Source: Basidiobolus meristosporus CBS 931.73 (lineage: Eukaryota; Fungi; Basidiobolomycota). Taken from it: DNA of 64,000 bases. Under the pieces are notes generated by a model. That model did not search any database. It was given only the letters and a program-made list of their open reading frames with translations, and was not told where the DNA came from. Positions 13,237 to 26,338 of this stretch are shown one piece after another (position 1 is the first letter of the stretch; each line of letters opens with the position of its first letter). Location: positions 123,923 through 187,922 of the forward strand of contig MCFE01000069.1 in the NCBI GenBank assembly GCA_002104905.1, written 5' to 3'. The position numbers and the translations under genes are program-made.

Positions 13237-16007
13237 ATAAAAAACATTTACTTGGATGCAATAGCCAATATTGATCTGATGGATTCAAACTTGGCTACTG
13301 GTGCAAATGTTTCAGTGTTATCCAGTACTTTAGTCTAAGTGCATTCTTTGGCCATGGGACTTGATTTGCATTGTTCATATGATCTATTGGCCATTTATTT
13401 TGTCTTGAAACCCACCAGCATCCAATTGAATCTTGGTTGATTGGTTATTTGATTTTGTCCTTAGCCAGACTTTCCATCAGGGCCTGTTACACCTCAGTCC
13501 TTGCATATCTCCAAAGCTCTCCCTGAGGGTTATTTAGTGCCTCTTTTACAGCTTGGGGCTCAGCAGTATGGACTGAATAGGCATAGGCTAAATTTGTAAC
13601 TTCATTGATGTAACAAATTGAGCTATTTCTTATCTAGTTGGATCCCCTGCCTTGTAGTACTGGAGTAAATCACTTCAGGTATCTTGGACACTGATTCAGG
13701 CTGAATCTCACCTGTGGAATCCTCTAGAGAGAAAAAACATCATTGTTTTGCTCTGATACAATTGTGACAATTTGTTGACTTGAGATAGAATTTTTGTCAT
13801 CATGTGTGGCCACATTGTGTGAATACCTTATAGTTTCATCAAAAAACACATCCCAGAACTTGATTAGCTTCTTTGCATTGGGACTTTTGTGTCTGTATGC
13901 CTCACTATCAATGCAGTAGCCCTGGGATATTTATTCTACACTTTTTGGTTTATATTTCAACTGATGTCCCAGCAGTTTCTGGGCATATTCTGTGCAGCTA
14001 GATGTTCTTAGGTGTTCTGCCATTGGTGTGTATCTATACTGTGCCCCAAATGGAGTTGACCTGCAGGATATTTTGCTATAACTCCTATTTTCAATTTATA
14101 CAGCTGTAGCAACTGATTTTGCCCAAAGATCATAGAACAATACATGATCATGGATCATAAATCTTGCCATATTATTTATTCACCAGTTTGCATATTCTGA
14201 CATTATATTTTGCTGTGGGGAGTATGGTATGATATTCTTTTGCTTTATCCGCTGAGCTTTGCAGAAGTGGATGAAGAGTTTTGAGGTATTTTCTCCACCA
14301 TGGAGATGGCAAATTTTCTTGATTACTTGCCAGTTTCTCTCTACACCATGGCTTCAAATTCCCTGGGATTCAACAGAGCTTTTTCTTTCCTTTCCATAAA
14401 GTGGATGCACATGTGTCTGTGTGATCATCACTAAGTATGAGTGAATATATCAATATGCCAAGGATGAATTATGCATGGATCTATGCAGATCTCAGGGAAT
14501 TAGATCTAAATTTTTCCTAATTCTAACTAACACAGAACTCATGAGCAGGCACATGGCTTGGTTTCCATATTTGCAGGCTTTAAAGTGCTCCAAATGAGCT
14601 GAGGATCAGTTTTTACTCCAGAAAATAGCTGGTTTTACCATTTGGTGCAAAGTTTCAAATTAATGTGTCCAAATCTCCTGTGCCATAGCATAGATGCTTC
14701 TTAACTTAAGCTACCTATATTGGCCTCCAGATACAATGGGATATAAGTCAGATTGTATAGAATCTGGTCTTGGATACCTGGAGCATTATGAGCACCACAT
14801 TGATCTGTGACCTTGTGTACAGAAGAGTCAAAACTGGAATGGAGTCCTTCTGAAATGGCCTTGCTTACATATAGTAGGTTTTTGGCTATTTCTGATATAT
14901 AGAGTACTTCTTTTAACAGTAGGTTTGTTGCATCCTTCACTACTTCTGAGGTTTACTTGGATAATTACCAGCTCAACTGCATCAAGTATTCCATTGTCAC
15001 CCCTGGAAACCTTCTTAATTGCAATTTCTAGATTTTGGATAAAGAACTCTTTTTGGAGTATAAAGTGTTAAGATACTCCAAAGTCAGTATATCACACCTA
15101 AGTGCACCTGTTTGTGGTCATATTTAGCTCATATATGAGTAGTCTATCCTCAGTTGCTACAGCATTTCCATATTCAGGCTTTCTTGCTATCATTACACTT
15201 TTGGATGCACCAGTCTGATATGTAACCTTTCCTTTTACAGTGGCTGCAAGGAAGGTTACTGTTGCCTTCAAATGTCTTGAGTACTTTTGTTGGTGATTAC
15301 CATTGCTTATCAAAGTATTTACTCCTTCCTTCTTATTGGCATGCGATTTTCTTAATTTCTCACCCATGAGCCTTCCATATACCTAATATAAGGTCCAGTC
15401 TTCAGTGCTGGACTCTTGGGCTGTTGAAAGACCCTGATACCTCTCTATCAGGCTATTCAGGAGGGTAACTATCCTATCTTCATCAGCTATCTGTATACCC
15501 ACTGGTTCTGGACTGGGTAGTTAGAGCCATCCAACTTTTCAGAAGAGGGAAAATTTTGAGGATTAGCAATAGTAGAGCTTGCAGAGAGTGACAACTTAGG
15601 GATTATAGCCAGTTATCAGAATCCTGGAGATATTGGAAGTCATTGGGAGAACAAGCAGGTTATGCAGTTTTTGCTTAATGATATATTGAGTGTCAAAGCA
15701 ACATTTGTGCTTTTACATAGTCTTGGCAAAACAAACACAAAGAACATGTTTGGGAAGATCCCAAGAGCATTTATGCAAAGTTTGGGGCTTTTTGGACAAA
15801 TTGACAAATTCTTATGTTCCAAATACCTGATATCTAGGTGAAAATATTTGAAATAAATCCCAACAAGGAACTTGGTCAGTATTCTCTGGGATTATTCTAA
15901 GTGAATCCCAACAAGGAATTTGGCCAGTATTCTCTAGAATTTGTAGGTAATGATCTATGTGACAAAGTTAGGTGAATATTTAGGAGAATTACAAATTTTT
16001 TACAACA
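13237..16007 (-). mobile_element. Decayed Ty1/Copia 5' portion (LTR 15611-16007, deleted gag, protease, integrase, start of RT)
   Basis: Reverse-complement LTR start TGTTGTAAAAAATTTG at 16007. RT motif TETFAPVAKF near 13290. Integrase and pre-integrase similarity to the 59-61 kb copy. Short internal LTR duplication at about 15855-15940. Confidence 0.8.
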
Positions 16008-16099
16008 AGGATAACTCTTCGCAAATATTCAAAGTCCCAATGAGCAAGAATATCAGTAAATGTATACTAGTATTGTAGAAATGCACAATAGTGCACCAA

Positions 16100-17750
16100 A
16101 GGCAGCCAGGGTATCATTGCATGCCCATGATGAACTACAAGGAGCAGGTGCCTTAGTGTTGTCTTGATGGGACCCTGACAGTATGATCCAGATCTCATCC
16201 ACCCCCAGATTCACCTGAATATCCATGATGGACAGCATACATCTTCTATGTCATCCAAATAAGACCTGTACAGCATGCACAGCTTCCTTGAGCTCATTAC
16301 AAAGTTTTTTTACATCACATGATTAGTGCCACCCACCCACCCCTGTCCAAAGAAAAAATAGGTATATCCAGTACTCTCACTATGTTTAAGCACGGCGTTA
16401 ATAGCCCACTGAGTATCCTCCAAGTAAATATGGATTTATGTTGTACCATGTCAGTCACTGATGAATAGTTCACAAACGGATATTGTATCCGCAATGGCAG
16501 ATGTTAGTCAACTTCTCCAACATCCGAAATCTGATCAAACCAGTGATTAACCAGGTTTGCATGCCTGGCCAAGCCCAAGTCTTGTTCATATCAAACATTA
16601 CAGGACTGTAAGCTTAGGGGCTCATGGCTTGGGAAGGAAAGCGTGGAAGATGGGAAGGGGACTTGGGCTTACCAGCTCTATAGACCATCCCTTTGGGTTG
16701 ACTAAGGCTTGGTGGTAGTTTGACAATAAGCATCACGCTATGCATCCCTGGATGCAGCACCACTGAAGAAATAGTTTGTCCCGGTTAGTTGATGCCTCTT
16801 CTGTACTCTGACATTGGAATCTTGTGTGACTGGCGCCCAACATTTGATAGGCTGCCTTTATGGGAGGGTCTCAAGGATCTTCAAAGGCTGATCAAGGGGA
16901 TCCAAAACAGGTGCCTACTGAGACCACCACCCCCTCCTACTGACTACAGGATAGAGTTTCACCCGGTGTAAGTTATAGTATGAGAAGGTTTGCTAGCATA
17001 GATCCCCAAAGGTTGTGATAGTACGGTTGTGGATCATTGGCACTTGGTAGCATAGAGAGTATGAAGCGTTACTAGAGCCACCGCTTCAGAGATGATCCTA
17101 CATCAGGTTGAAACACGATCAGTAGGTACCACATCCTCTCACGAGATTCCTCTAGTCCAATGACGTTCTTGGTGGGATCTGCCACTCGCCAACTCTAGCA
17201 ACCACGACCTCCTACAGCCTGACTGCAAGGACGGTGGTTGCTCACCACAAGATTGATGCGAATGCTCAGGCCCAACCATACTCGCCCTCTGAGTCCCAGA
17301 GAAATGGTAGGACGCGATAGAGGGATGCGCGTCCACAGCCACTCTCCCCCAAGGGATAGGTTGGGAAAATTCATCACCCGTCCCCTTGGATATATTCCCA
17401 TTCGGGCCTATCTGGGAAGTTGATTGGCTAATCACTCAAGACATGAGGCACCATTCCTTCGCAGGATGGGAGGATAGTCGGAAGTGACTGAGGATGGGTC
17501 AAGGGAATCAACGACGTTGAGTGAGCTCATCTTCAAGCCCCGTTATCCCGCCTGACTGCAAAGTACCCCGGTCACAGGCCAATGTGAACACCAGGTCGAC
17601 GTGATTTTCTCTGATGAACCACCAGTCGTTAGGGAGAACGCCCAGTATGTTAGTGTACCTCGTGTCCATAACCATTGCACGCCATCAATGCAGTGAGGAA
17701 TGCCATACCACCCCTGTCGCCAAGCCCCTTTCGATCATGATCATCTTACG
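16100..17750 (-). mobile_element. Possible highly degenerate Gypsy-like pol relic
   Basis: Only scattered motif-like pieces in broken frames: SCNV, EKLTNICH, WAINAVLKHSESTGYT, which resembles the integrase end FAxN...STGxSPF. Confidence 0.25.
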
Positions 17751-17892
17751 GGAATACAAAGGTTTATTTACACATAGTACATAGAAGTACAGTTCGTCAC
17801 AAGCGCTTCGTTTTAAATTAAAGCAGTAGAAAGGGAAAGAAACCTAGGGCCCCCACATTCCGCAACGCCACCCGAGATCTCCGACTTGGCAA

Positions 17893-18255
17893 CTACTGGG
17901 CAACGGTGAGAAGGCGACGACCAGGCCGAATTGGAGGATACCTCTTGACCAGAGAGAACAGCCGTTGGTCCACCGGCAGGAACGCCGTGCTCTTCTTGTA
18001 CAACTTGAGGTGGTAAGGGTAGCCCAGCTGGGTTGGGAACGCTTCGTTGGGAGAATGGCACTCAAAAGGATATCGCGATGGTGGTGGGGGTTGCTCCGAG
18101 GGGTACGCCATGAGCGAAGCGGTGGGGGAGACTCCCGGGCTCTCGGGGTCGACAAAGTTGGACTGCTGGTCTTTCTGTCGGCAGCTCAGGTCGCAGTACA
18201 ACTGGCCGGACACCTCGACATGCTTTCCGCAAACCGTGCACCAATCCGAATCCAT
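17893..18255 (-). CDS. Ecl1/2/3-family small zinc-binding protein
   Basis: N-terminal DWCTVCGKHV...LYCDLSCRQKD matches the CxxC...YCSxxC pattern of the fungal Ecl1 family, followed by a Pro/Ser-rich tail. Confidence 0.7.
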   Translation of the reverse strand: MDSDWCTVCGKHVEVSGQLYCDLSCRQKDQQSNFVDPESPGVSPTASLMAYPSEQPPPPSRYPFECHSPNEAFPTQLGYPYHLKLYKKSTAFLPVDQRLFSLVKRYPPIRPGRRLLTVAQ

Positions 18256-18995
18256 TTTCTGTTAATGACCAGGATATTCTACAAGAAGAACCACTTTACT
18301 GGGGCCAGTTCAAAATCACTGTCTACGTTCGTAACAAGGCTTGCTCGGAGAGAGAATACGAAGAATACAGCAAAGGAAGTGAGACTTCTGCCTGTCAACA
18401 GCTATTGAGGGACAATGCCGTGAGGGAGACGTGGGACCGGACTGGTCCTTATATAGGTGGGCTACTGCCAACGCATACTCCGAGACTGCTCCGAAATCCC
18501 CTTTTGTCATCGGGAATTTCTTGGAGTGTTTACGGACGACCGCTCAGCCTATGGGATCCCGCTTGTTTGAGATGAGTGATGCATTAGTCAAATCAAATAG
18601 GCATCGTTCAATTCCATTGTTGCACAATCAATCTATGTAGACTCAAGTCATTCTGGATTTATCGACCATTTCATCACTTGCTGTGTGCGAGGTCTTTGGG
18701 ATGAGATCTGCCCCTGCATGCGTCCATTACGAGTTGCCCGACATGTCCACTCACGCTATTCTTAGCTCTCAAGGCCAGCCCCAAGACTCATGGTCTTGGT
18801 GGCTTCCTAAATTAGCGTCCGTATGATTGTTTGCACCTTTGAGTCGAATTTGATTATTTGATTATTTGATTATAGCATTCAAGCATTGTATCAGTGGTCA
18901 GAACAACGAAAGCCTGTTTCAAGTGGGGTGGTCACGAAGCAGGTCAACCGATGAGGGATGAGCGACCATGTAAGCCAATCCAATTGGTACCAGTC

Positions 18996-19070
18996 CAGGG
19001 AATAAGAATGGGAATACGAATGGGAATGGGAATGGGAATAGGAAGGAGATCGAGAATGAGAATGACAGCA
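18996..19070 (+). repeat. Imperfect GGAAT(G/A) hexamer microsatellite
   Basis: ggaataagaatgggaatacgaatgggaatgggaatgggaatagg...gagaatgagaatg. Confidence 0.7.
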
Positions 19071-20591
19071 TGGCAGTGTATGATAGGCGCAGGCCTGATT
19101 TAATCGCAATACACCAGATGAGGCTCCCTGCATCATCGTTGAGAGCCTCATGGTTTGGCTTGCATCGATTGATAGATGCTAGCCTACCAGGCTTTCATCA
19201 GCGCATGCAGTACCCACCCAGGCCGTGTGTACGTATGTTGCTGTTAGAGAGGCATACTCTCCGGCAACCATGACAACTCTAGCCCGACAACCCTCCACCC
19301 CAAACGCGAGCGAGATAACTGACTGGGTCATTGTGTGGAGGATGCATGCGTGTCTCCTCATTCACCAATCCTAACTAGGCACCTATTGTTTGAAATCGAG
19401 GGCGATTGTGGCAATCCTTTCGCATTGGGCCTCTTTGTTCAACATGGTGTGAGACTCCGTTGATGATGTTTCTATGGGATGCCAATGCAATCTCCGAAAT
19501 CGAGTCCACAGCCTATGACCGGCGGTATCTGCATTCCAGAGCCATGTGACCATGAAATGAATATGCGATGGAACGACCAATTTCAATGAATGGTGCTTGT
19601 TTATGCAAAATCATGAGCGGGTTATGACGAATTAGTTGCAGGTCGGTTACACCGCGAGTTACTTCACGATTGCCGACGAAGCTTGTTCAACCTCAGGGCG
19701 ATGCGCTGCTTTCGCAATAGCCTCATCGTGTTACCGATGGATGGACGTGATGGGAGCAGGATGCTACTAGTTGTATAGCACCTTTGTTATCAACTAGTGC
19801 ATTTCGTCAACAAGGCTGATGGGAGCCGCAGCGTGGCTGAGCCCCCTTCTAACTCTAGAGCTGTGGTGGATTCATTTGGGGTGCTGGCCAATGATGACCC
19901 ACGGGCAACCAAACCAATTTACTTTATGTTAGTGAGCATTTGATGAGGCAGCATATACATAATCCGCAAAGTAACTTGCCACTGCGCCTGACCTTGGCTG
20001 TTAGCCACACCATCCCTTCGACCCTCATTCATACACTGGGCATAAATTTGCCTTGAATTGATTTCCATGCATCCCTCGGTCACTCTTGCACTGAATCGCT
20101 ACATACATTCCCGTTGATTGCCCTGCTTGTGTAGAACATTCATTTCCCAGGATCATTGCAGCCACTTGCATCAATGGTTTACCCATGATGACTCCTTGTA
20201 TTGGGGATTCAGCGAGGGTAACTGGCTCTGCAGCATGGCCGACAACCATCGGAAATGGAATATTGATGAGCAGGTCAATTTGTTTGTGCCCATTAACACT
20301 ACATCCTGCTTGATTGGCTCCCTTGGATGCCAAACAGCGATCCAAAACTTTGACACCTAACTGACCGCATGGGGCCTTCGTTGTGCCTCAACGCTGCGTA
20401 GAGGATCCTAACCCTAATCGACCAAGGTGCCATAAGCCAACTCGACTTTGCACGAACGAATTGTTGATATGGGTGATGGGGCCAAAGCCAAATTGGATGG
20501 TGGGGAGAACCAGGCAAAATCGAATTAAATTAACATTGATCTACTCTCAAATTTACATATGTACACATTCCTTCCTGTGGATTTGTTCTAT

Positions 20592-21454
20592 CTATACATA
20601 GTGGATGGATTTCAGCTCCTCCTTCAGATTTTGCAGATACGCCAGGTTCAATCGGGAGATCTGGGTGAGCTCGCTTATCTGGGAGTATCTCTTGGACACT
20701 TCATGGCGCTTCTGGTCCTTGCTGGCCTGGATGACCACGAGGGTGGCTAGGATGGTGATGAAATCGATGGCGGTGAACGAAAACAGTATCGTATACGTGT
20801 GTTGCAGATAATTCTGAGTGAACACATGAATGGCATCCACGCATCCGGGCAAACCGGTCAGCTGCATTTCGCAAAGGGGTGAAAGAGCTGGGCTGTCTAT
20901 TTCGCTGTAGTAGCCACAGCAACGATCCTGCACAAGGGCATCAGAACCCATTGGATATCTTAGCAAGTAGGCGGGTCACCTACCGTTTCTTGAAAGACGG
21001 CCCGCAGTGTTGGACTCCAGCTCCTCCACTTCTCCGCGTAGCTTCCCCGGATATTCAAGGAGTTGAACCACATCAAGCCACCGAGGGCCAGTTGAGCAAA
21101 CAGAACAACCGTGATCAACCAAATGAAGAAAGTTAGCAGACCCCTACGCTTCAAGGGGCTTAGAAAGCCGAGCAACCCTATCAAGCCGGTTAGAACGATA
21201 AACCCTCCCAAGGCTAAACCTGCTGTGGAAGTTGAAGACCCATGTGTCAGCAAGGACAAAGAGATTTCGAACGGATAGATCAAATTACCATAAATCATTT
21301 CAGTGGTAATCACAATCATTCTACGTTTCAAAGGCGTGATGTAAAAATAATAACCAAAACCTCCCAACACTCCACCGGTGGCTACAAACAAGGCTATGCA
21401 AAGGAACAAAGTGAATTTCATATTAAATGTGACCAAACTTACGTTCATATTCAT
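20592..21454 (-). CDS. Tetraspanin-like 4-TM protein (multi-exon; exact start uncertain)
   Basis: Hydrophobic helices (LFVATGGVLGGFG; LALGGFIVLTGLIGLLGF; LLTFFIWLITVVLFAQLALGGLMW), large loop with CCGY and further Cys, then a fourth TM (TILFSFTAIDFITILATLVV). GT-AG introns join the ORF pieces. Confidence 0.75.
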
Positions 21455-22573
21455 TGTTACGGCTGGACTGGGCTGAGCTGAGCTGAGCTGTTGTGGTGGT
21501 TTTTAATGCGACGCGGGGGTGGTTAGCGGATGACAAGACGTTCTAGGTCCGCAATGATGGCAGCTACGGCAGGCGGACTTTCTGGCTTATATTTCGTTTG
21601 ATATACGGTGTGGATGACGTTTTTTCGAAGGATCTTGGTATATCACGTTCAATTGGTAATACCAAACTGAGATTGTGGCATCTCAGTGGTTGTCCCCGGT
21701 GTGTATTCTCAAGGTGGACAGGCTGTACGAAAATGGCTGCCGAAAACGTTCATAGCTCGATTGGCTAGTTGGGTCGCTAAATGATCGTCCCGTACATAAT
21801 CTATTGCAGCTGTGGATGCAACCGCCAGTACTTATTGTTGTAGTGTTCGTATTCCATCTCGCTATATTCTGGCTATTCAGTACACATTAATTTGGCCGTT
21901 ACAACATCGGGCATTCGATACGACCATCAATCTTTTGTTTACACTTGCCACAAAGATCCCATCTAGCCCAGGCCAATTGGTCGAAAAAAACCCGCTCGGC
22001 CAATCACGAAACTGTCTATTGTTGATATCATGCAAAGTCAATCCAACTGGAAATTCAATCGAAGTTGGATCCTAATTAACATTTAAGATTTCTCCTAGAA
22101 TAGCCGCATTATATTAAACCCCTACAGATTGTTGCGTGGTAATGGTTACATTAATGTGCTCGGAGTTCCACCCTTTAATGCTTTGGAGGACCACAGCATA
22201 CACTGTTCTGCGAAAAATCCTTTACTCATCTTGTCCAGCAGTTACGTAAGTAAAGGTTGGGATGTGCCTGATCGAAATTCTAGATTTATGAGCTATGGCA
22301 GTCTATATGAGGTTTCAAGTGACGAAGTATTCAATCTATATTAACTCGGATACTTCAAAGCTAGGTAAAGTCTATCATCTATCTAGTTGCGGCTCTATGT
22401 TATACAGGTCAAAAACTATTTCAGTGCTAGATAAGTATTCTGGGTCAGCAGCTCAATCTGTCATTACATCTGCTGAGAAAGCCAGAATTCTGATATAATA
22501 AGCACTACAAGGAAAAAAGTCGGTCTATTCAGTATCATCTATCGAATATATATATATACGTAACCATGGTGCA

Positions 22574-22945
22574 TTAGTGAGAACGAATGTTGGGTGCCTC
22601 GTGCTCCCGGATAAGGGCCGGCGTAAGGGACATTCGAATCGTATACTCCGAGTTATCATGCTCCAAGAAATCGTCAAAGGAGATGCGAGTACTTGCAGGA
22701 CTTGTCAACGAACGTTGTAATTGCGCGTTGGTGGGCAAGGCAGGGGGGCTGGTAGCACAGCTAGCACTCATCGAGCGGCCAAGCATTGGCGGAGCTGGTA
22801 TGGCTTTTAGTGTTAGATCCGAATCAGTATAGACGATGCGGTGGTGCTTTGCTCGTGACAAGGTTGGCGACCGAGCGACCTTAAGAAGCTTTTTCAAAAA
22901 CGAAGGTTTCTTTGCACTTTGCTGGTAATCCTCGCACATCCTCAA
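22574..22945 (-). CDS. Hypothetical 123-aa Ser/Pro-rich protein
   Basis: ATG-initiated ORF in CpG-rich DNA with a low-complexity body and C-terminal SFDDFL...TIRMSLTP. No family assignable. Confidence 0.45.
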   Translation of the reverse strand: MRMCEDYQQSAKKPSFLKKLLKVARSPTLSRAKHHRIVYTDSDLTLKAIPAPPMLGRSMSASCATSPPALPTNAQLQRSLTSPASTRISFDDFLEHDNSEYTIRMSLTPALIREHEAPNIRSH

Positions 22946-24671
22946 TATACTTGGCTCAATGGATCAATAGAGGCTTAGTAGAGTTGAAGTGGAGCTACTT
23001 TCGAAGCCGAAGGAAGCGATATGTAGGTGAGGTGAGGAGTCAAGGCAGCATGAGCGGCCAATTTATATATTTCTCACAAGCGGGATGTATGCTATGAGGT
23101 ATTAGTGCACCACTATATAATAGCGACAATTCAAATTCTCCTCGAAACCAAACTCTATAGTTCCTCAGGGTTTCAACGACTTCGGATTGGGCATGTAACG
23201 AATATTCATTACAGCTGGGGCGGCAACCGCGCGAGCAATGTTTGAGCGCATTCTGATCGGATCCGAAGCTAGGGCAAACACGGGGTGGCGATTCCCATGA
23301 AGCCTCAGCGCATCACCTAACAATCCCTAAATAATAGGGGTTACAGTAGAGGACAATTATTTTGTCTTTTTCGACCAGTCAGCTTTATCCTGCACCCACA
23401 TAATTTCGATTCAGTGGCAGCTGGTGGTCCCGTGGTGTCTTGATTTGGAGGATCCGTCTCATCCACCAGGATTGCACTAACCTTAAATTGACCATTGTCC
23501 TCAAGTAGCGCTCGAACAATGCTCCAGACAATACTTGTGTATGAGCCTGCAGAGGGCTAGGGTTGCTCTTGGCCAATGCTTACGCAAAATTCAACGCTCG
23601 AGACTATCAGCGATAAGCGTCACTACTCGGCAAGCAGCGCTTCAGTCTAATTATTTTTGCAGCATTTCTCCTTAGATGCTGAATGTTCGATTGGCCATAT
23701 CTAGGCAGGTTTAGGAGCATGTGTGGTACGAGCAGCGGCGATGGTGTCTTTCAATCGTTCCCAGCAGTACGGGGGCTATCGGTGGAGACGTGATTTGTGG
23801 TGAGGTGCTTGAACAAGGCGTCAAATGACGCGTGTTCGAGATCTCCACTCCGGGGAGCAGGGATTATAGCCGCACCATGATATTGTTTCATCATCCCCTT
23901 GGGCTCAGACATCCAGGCTGCATGAATAATCAGGGTTGTCACAATGGGCTCAGATCATCAGATTCGGATAGATCGGAGCGTCGCGATAATCCAACCCTAC
24001 TGTACAGGTATTTTTGGTGGTGCGGCGTAGCTGTTGATGCACTTCTCCATAAACATGGAGAAATATCGTGTCATAGATGCAGGAATAGATGGCATCCCAT
24101 TTCCGTATTTCGCGTGCATGTGGACAGCGGGAACGTATTCACTGCCGCTCCTCTCCTCCCCCTCAGTCATACAGAGTAGATCCAGCACAATACCAGGGCA
24201 CTCGGCTTATCTTGAGTCCACTAGGCGCATATAATGACCATTCCCCAGCAATGTTGACTGCCTTGACATTCCTTGGGCAGGGATTCTGAGCGCAAGTGCA
24301 CGTTGTGTATAGCAACTCGTAATATTAAGCAGGCAATATGTGTTTCCGGAATTGTTTTGCGGAGCCATAGGAATCCCTGTAGCGGGCATAGCCTACAACT
24401 TGAGGCCTCTGGTGCTCCCATCTATTGAATGTGGTTATCCTTATCAATCGTGTGTTTTTGGTGTGACTGCAGGTGTCTCGACTCGAGGTGCGCTGTACAT
24501 AATGTGAGAAATGCTACAAGTCGATATTTATTCACTACCCTCCAAAGATCTCCGATGGAAGAACATACTCCACTACAGATACACTGATGCTGGAAGTCAA
24601 TGGCAACATCTGAAAACTCCTTGGTAATCCTCACTAGGATGCTAATATAAGGATAAATGGATGCAACCTAT

Positions 24672-25561
24672 CTACATGATCTCCTCCTCGGATTCTTCCA
24701 TAATAAATCCAGGGTGCTCCAAATGAATAGACTCGAGATTGGTTTCGTCCATTGATCTGCGAATATTGGCAAAATCAATCATACTAGGAGCATGCAGCTG
24801 ATGCTTATTCCTGATAGAGATGCGTTGAACATAAATAGTTTAGCGGCAGTCACGACAAGGGCTACTTACTCCCGCAAGGTAGTATAGAGCCGAAAAAACT
24901 GGATTGAATTCCGGATCGCCAACAGGATGGTTCCTGCTAGCTCCTCTCGCTCAGCATTAGGCGTACAACCATAACGCAGATAGCCTAAAGTCAAAATGCA
25001 AAGAAGTACAATGATTATGTCAAATATGTTTAACCACCAACGCCAGAAGGCCTATGAAACAGTCCTCAATATCTTCACTTGGCTGCGGCATGCTGACCCG
25101 AACTTACCTGACCCATGCTTAGTATACGTATTCCAACTTCAGTGATCAAGGTGGCATTTATGATGACTTCCAAGAGAACAAAGAAGGTACCTGGACTTAA
25201 GAGAGGGTTTGCTAGCTGTAAAAAGCATCTCTAGGGCTGGTGCCTAAAAAGCTTACCAATCAAACAGGACAAACTGTAGACATTGGCCTAATTAGCGAGC
25301 AACTGAGATAAGAACAACCCCAATATTTACCAGTGTGACAGAAACGAACGAAAGAGCAGCCATCAGCATATATAGAATTGTGTAGAAGCTGGAATGCGTT
25401 ATTTGGTTGGCGACATTACGAAGCTGCTCACCACGGCTTAATCCTTGAATCTGGCTAGGTCCACCCAGAGAAGTAACCTTAGCACTCGTCACCTCTTGCG
25501 AGCAGGTTAATGCTACCTACCTCTCTCCTAGGAAATGTTGGGTATCTTCGTTGGACAGCAT
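24672..25561 (-). CDS. Stand-alone Ion_trans/voltage-sensor-like 4-TM protein, six exons (not present as a whole in the ORF track)
   Basis: Manual splicing over five GT-AG introns gives MLSNEDTQHFLGESQ...NVANQITHSSFYTILYMLMAALSFVSVTLANVYSLSCLIGTFFVLLEVIINATLITEVGIRILSMGQAFWRWWLNIFDIIIVLLCILTL...ILLAIRNSIQFFRLYTTLRENK...EESEEEIM*. It contains S2-like ExxxR and S3-like NxFD motifs. Confidence 0.8.
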
Positions 25562-26338
25562 GGTATGAACACTATGACTCGACACGATTGGAATGGTGTA
25601 TGCCTTCTTGGGCTCCGAAAAAATATGTGAAAACGTACTGAACTCCAGTTTGTAAGTGAGTTTGCTGATGTCAGGTAGCCAAACAAGATTTGTTCTACAA
25701 AGGGGATGTATTAAGGGGTATTTGACCTCATAGGATCTTTGGACTCAGAACATTACAATGCATGAAATTGTTTCTAGTTCAGGGTCTAGTCGATGGGTTC
25801 ACATCAAATAGCACCGGTATGAGCGACGAATAATATCCACTGCTCTCGAAAGCATACCAAGTCGCTCTAATGTGACTGCTGCAGATGATCCTCATGGCAC
25901 AACGTGTTTCCCTGCGGTTAGAAACGGACTAAGTGCGTTCAACAAGCCAGAAACCACCCATCCCCCATAGGTAGTCCCACTGGAGCTCTTGTGCAACACC
26001 AAAATCTATCTCAGCCATATTTATTTAGCATTGAATTTACCTATATACGATGAAGTTCCTATGACAACCGCGCACCAGGTTGTTTAAACCTCTGGAGTAC
26101 GATGTACTCGGTGAAATTAGGCGAGGATGTCAAACGGTTTCAACCGAAGCGGACTGCAGCCAGCATGAAATACAAAGGGAGTTGGCCTCAAGGTAGGCGA
26201 GTATCAAGGTTATCGGAATATAACGTCACAGAGAGTTGGGAGAGAAATTAAGACATGTTGTAAAAGTCAAAAAATACAAGCTACAGGCAGCGCTGTGGAT
26301 GCTCGAAAACGTGGATATTATGCATTTGGAGCAACACC

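Noticed and set aside
23341-24630. CpG-rich stretch with gene-like fragments (e.g. SIVRALLEDNGQFKVSA, reminiscent of the NmrA N-terminus)
   Set aside because: I could not assemble a consistent spliced ORF, and the Rossmann glycine motif is missing.
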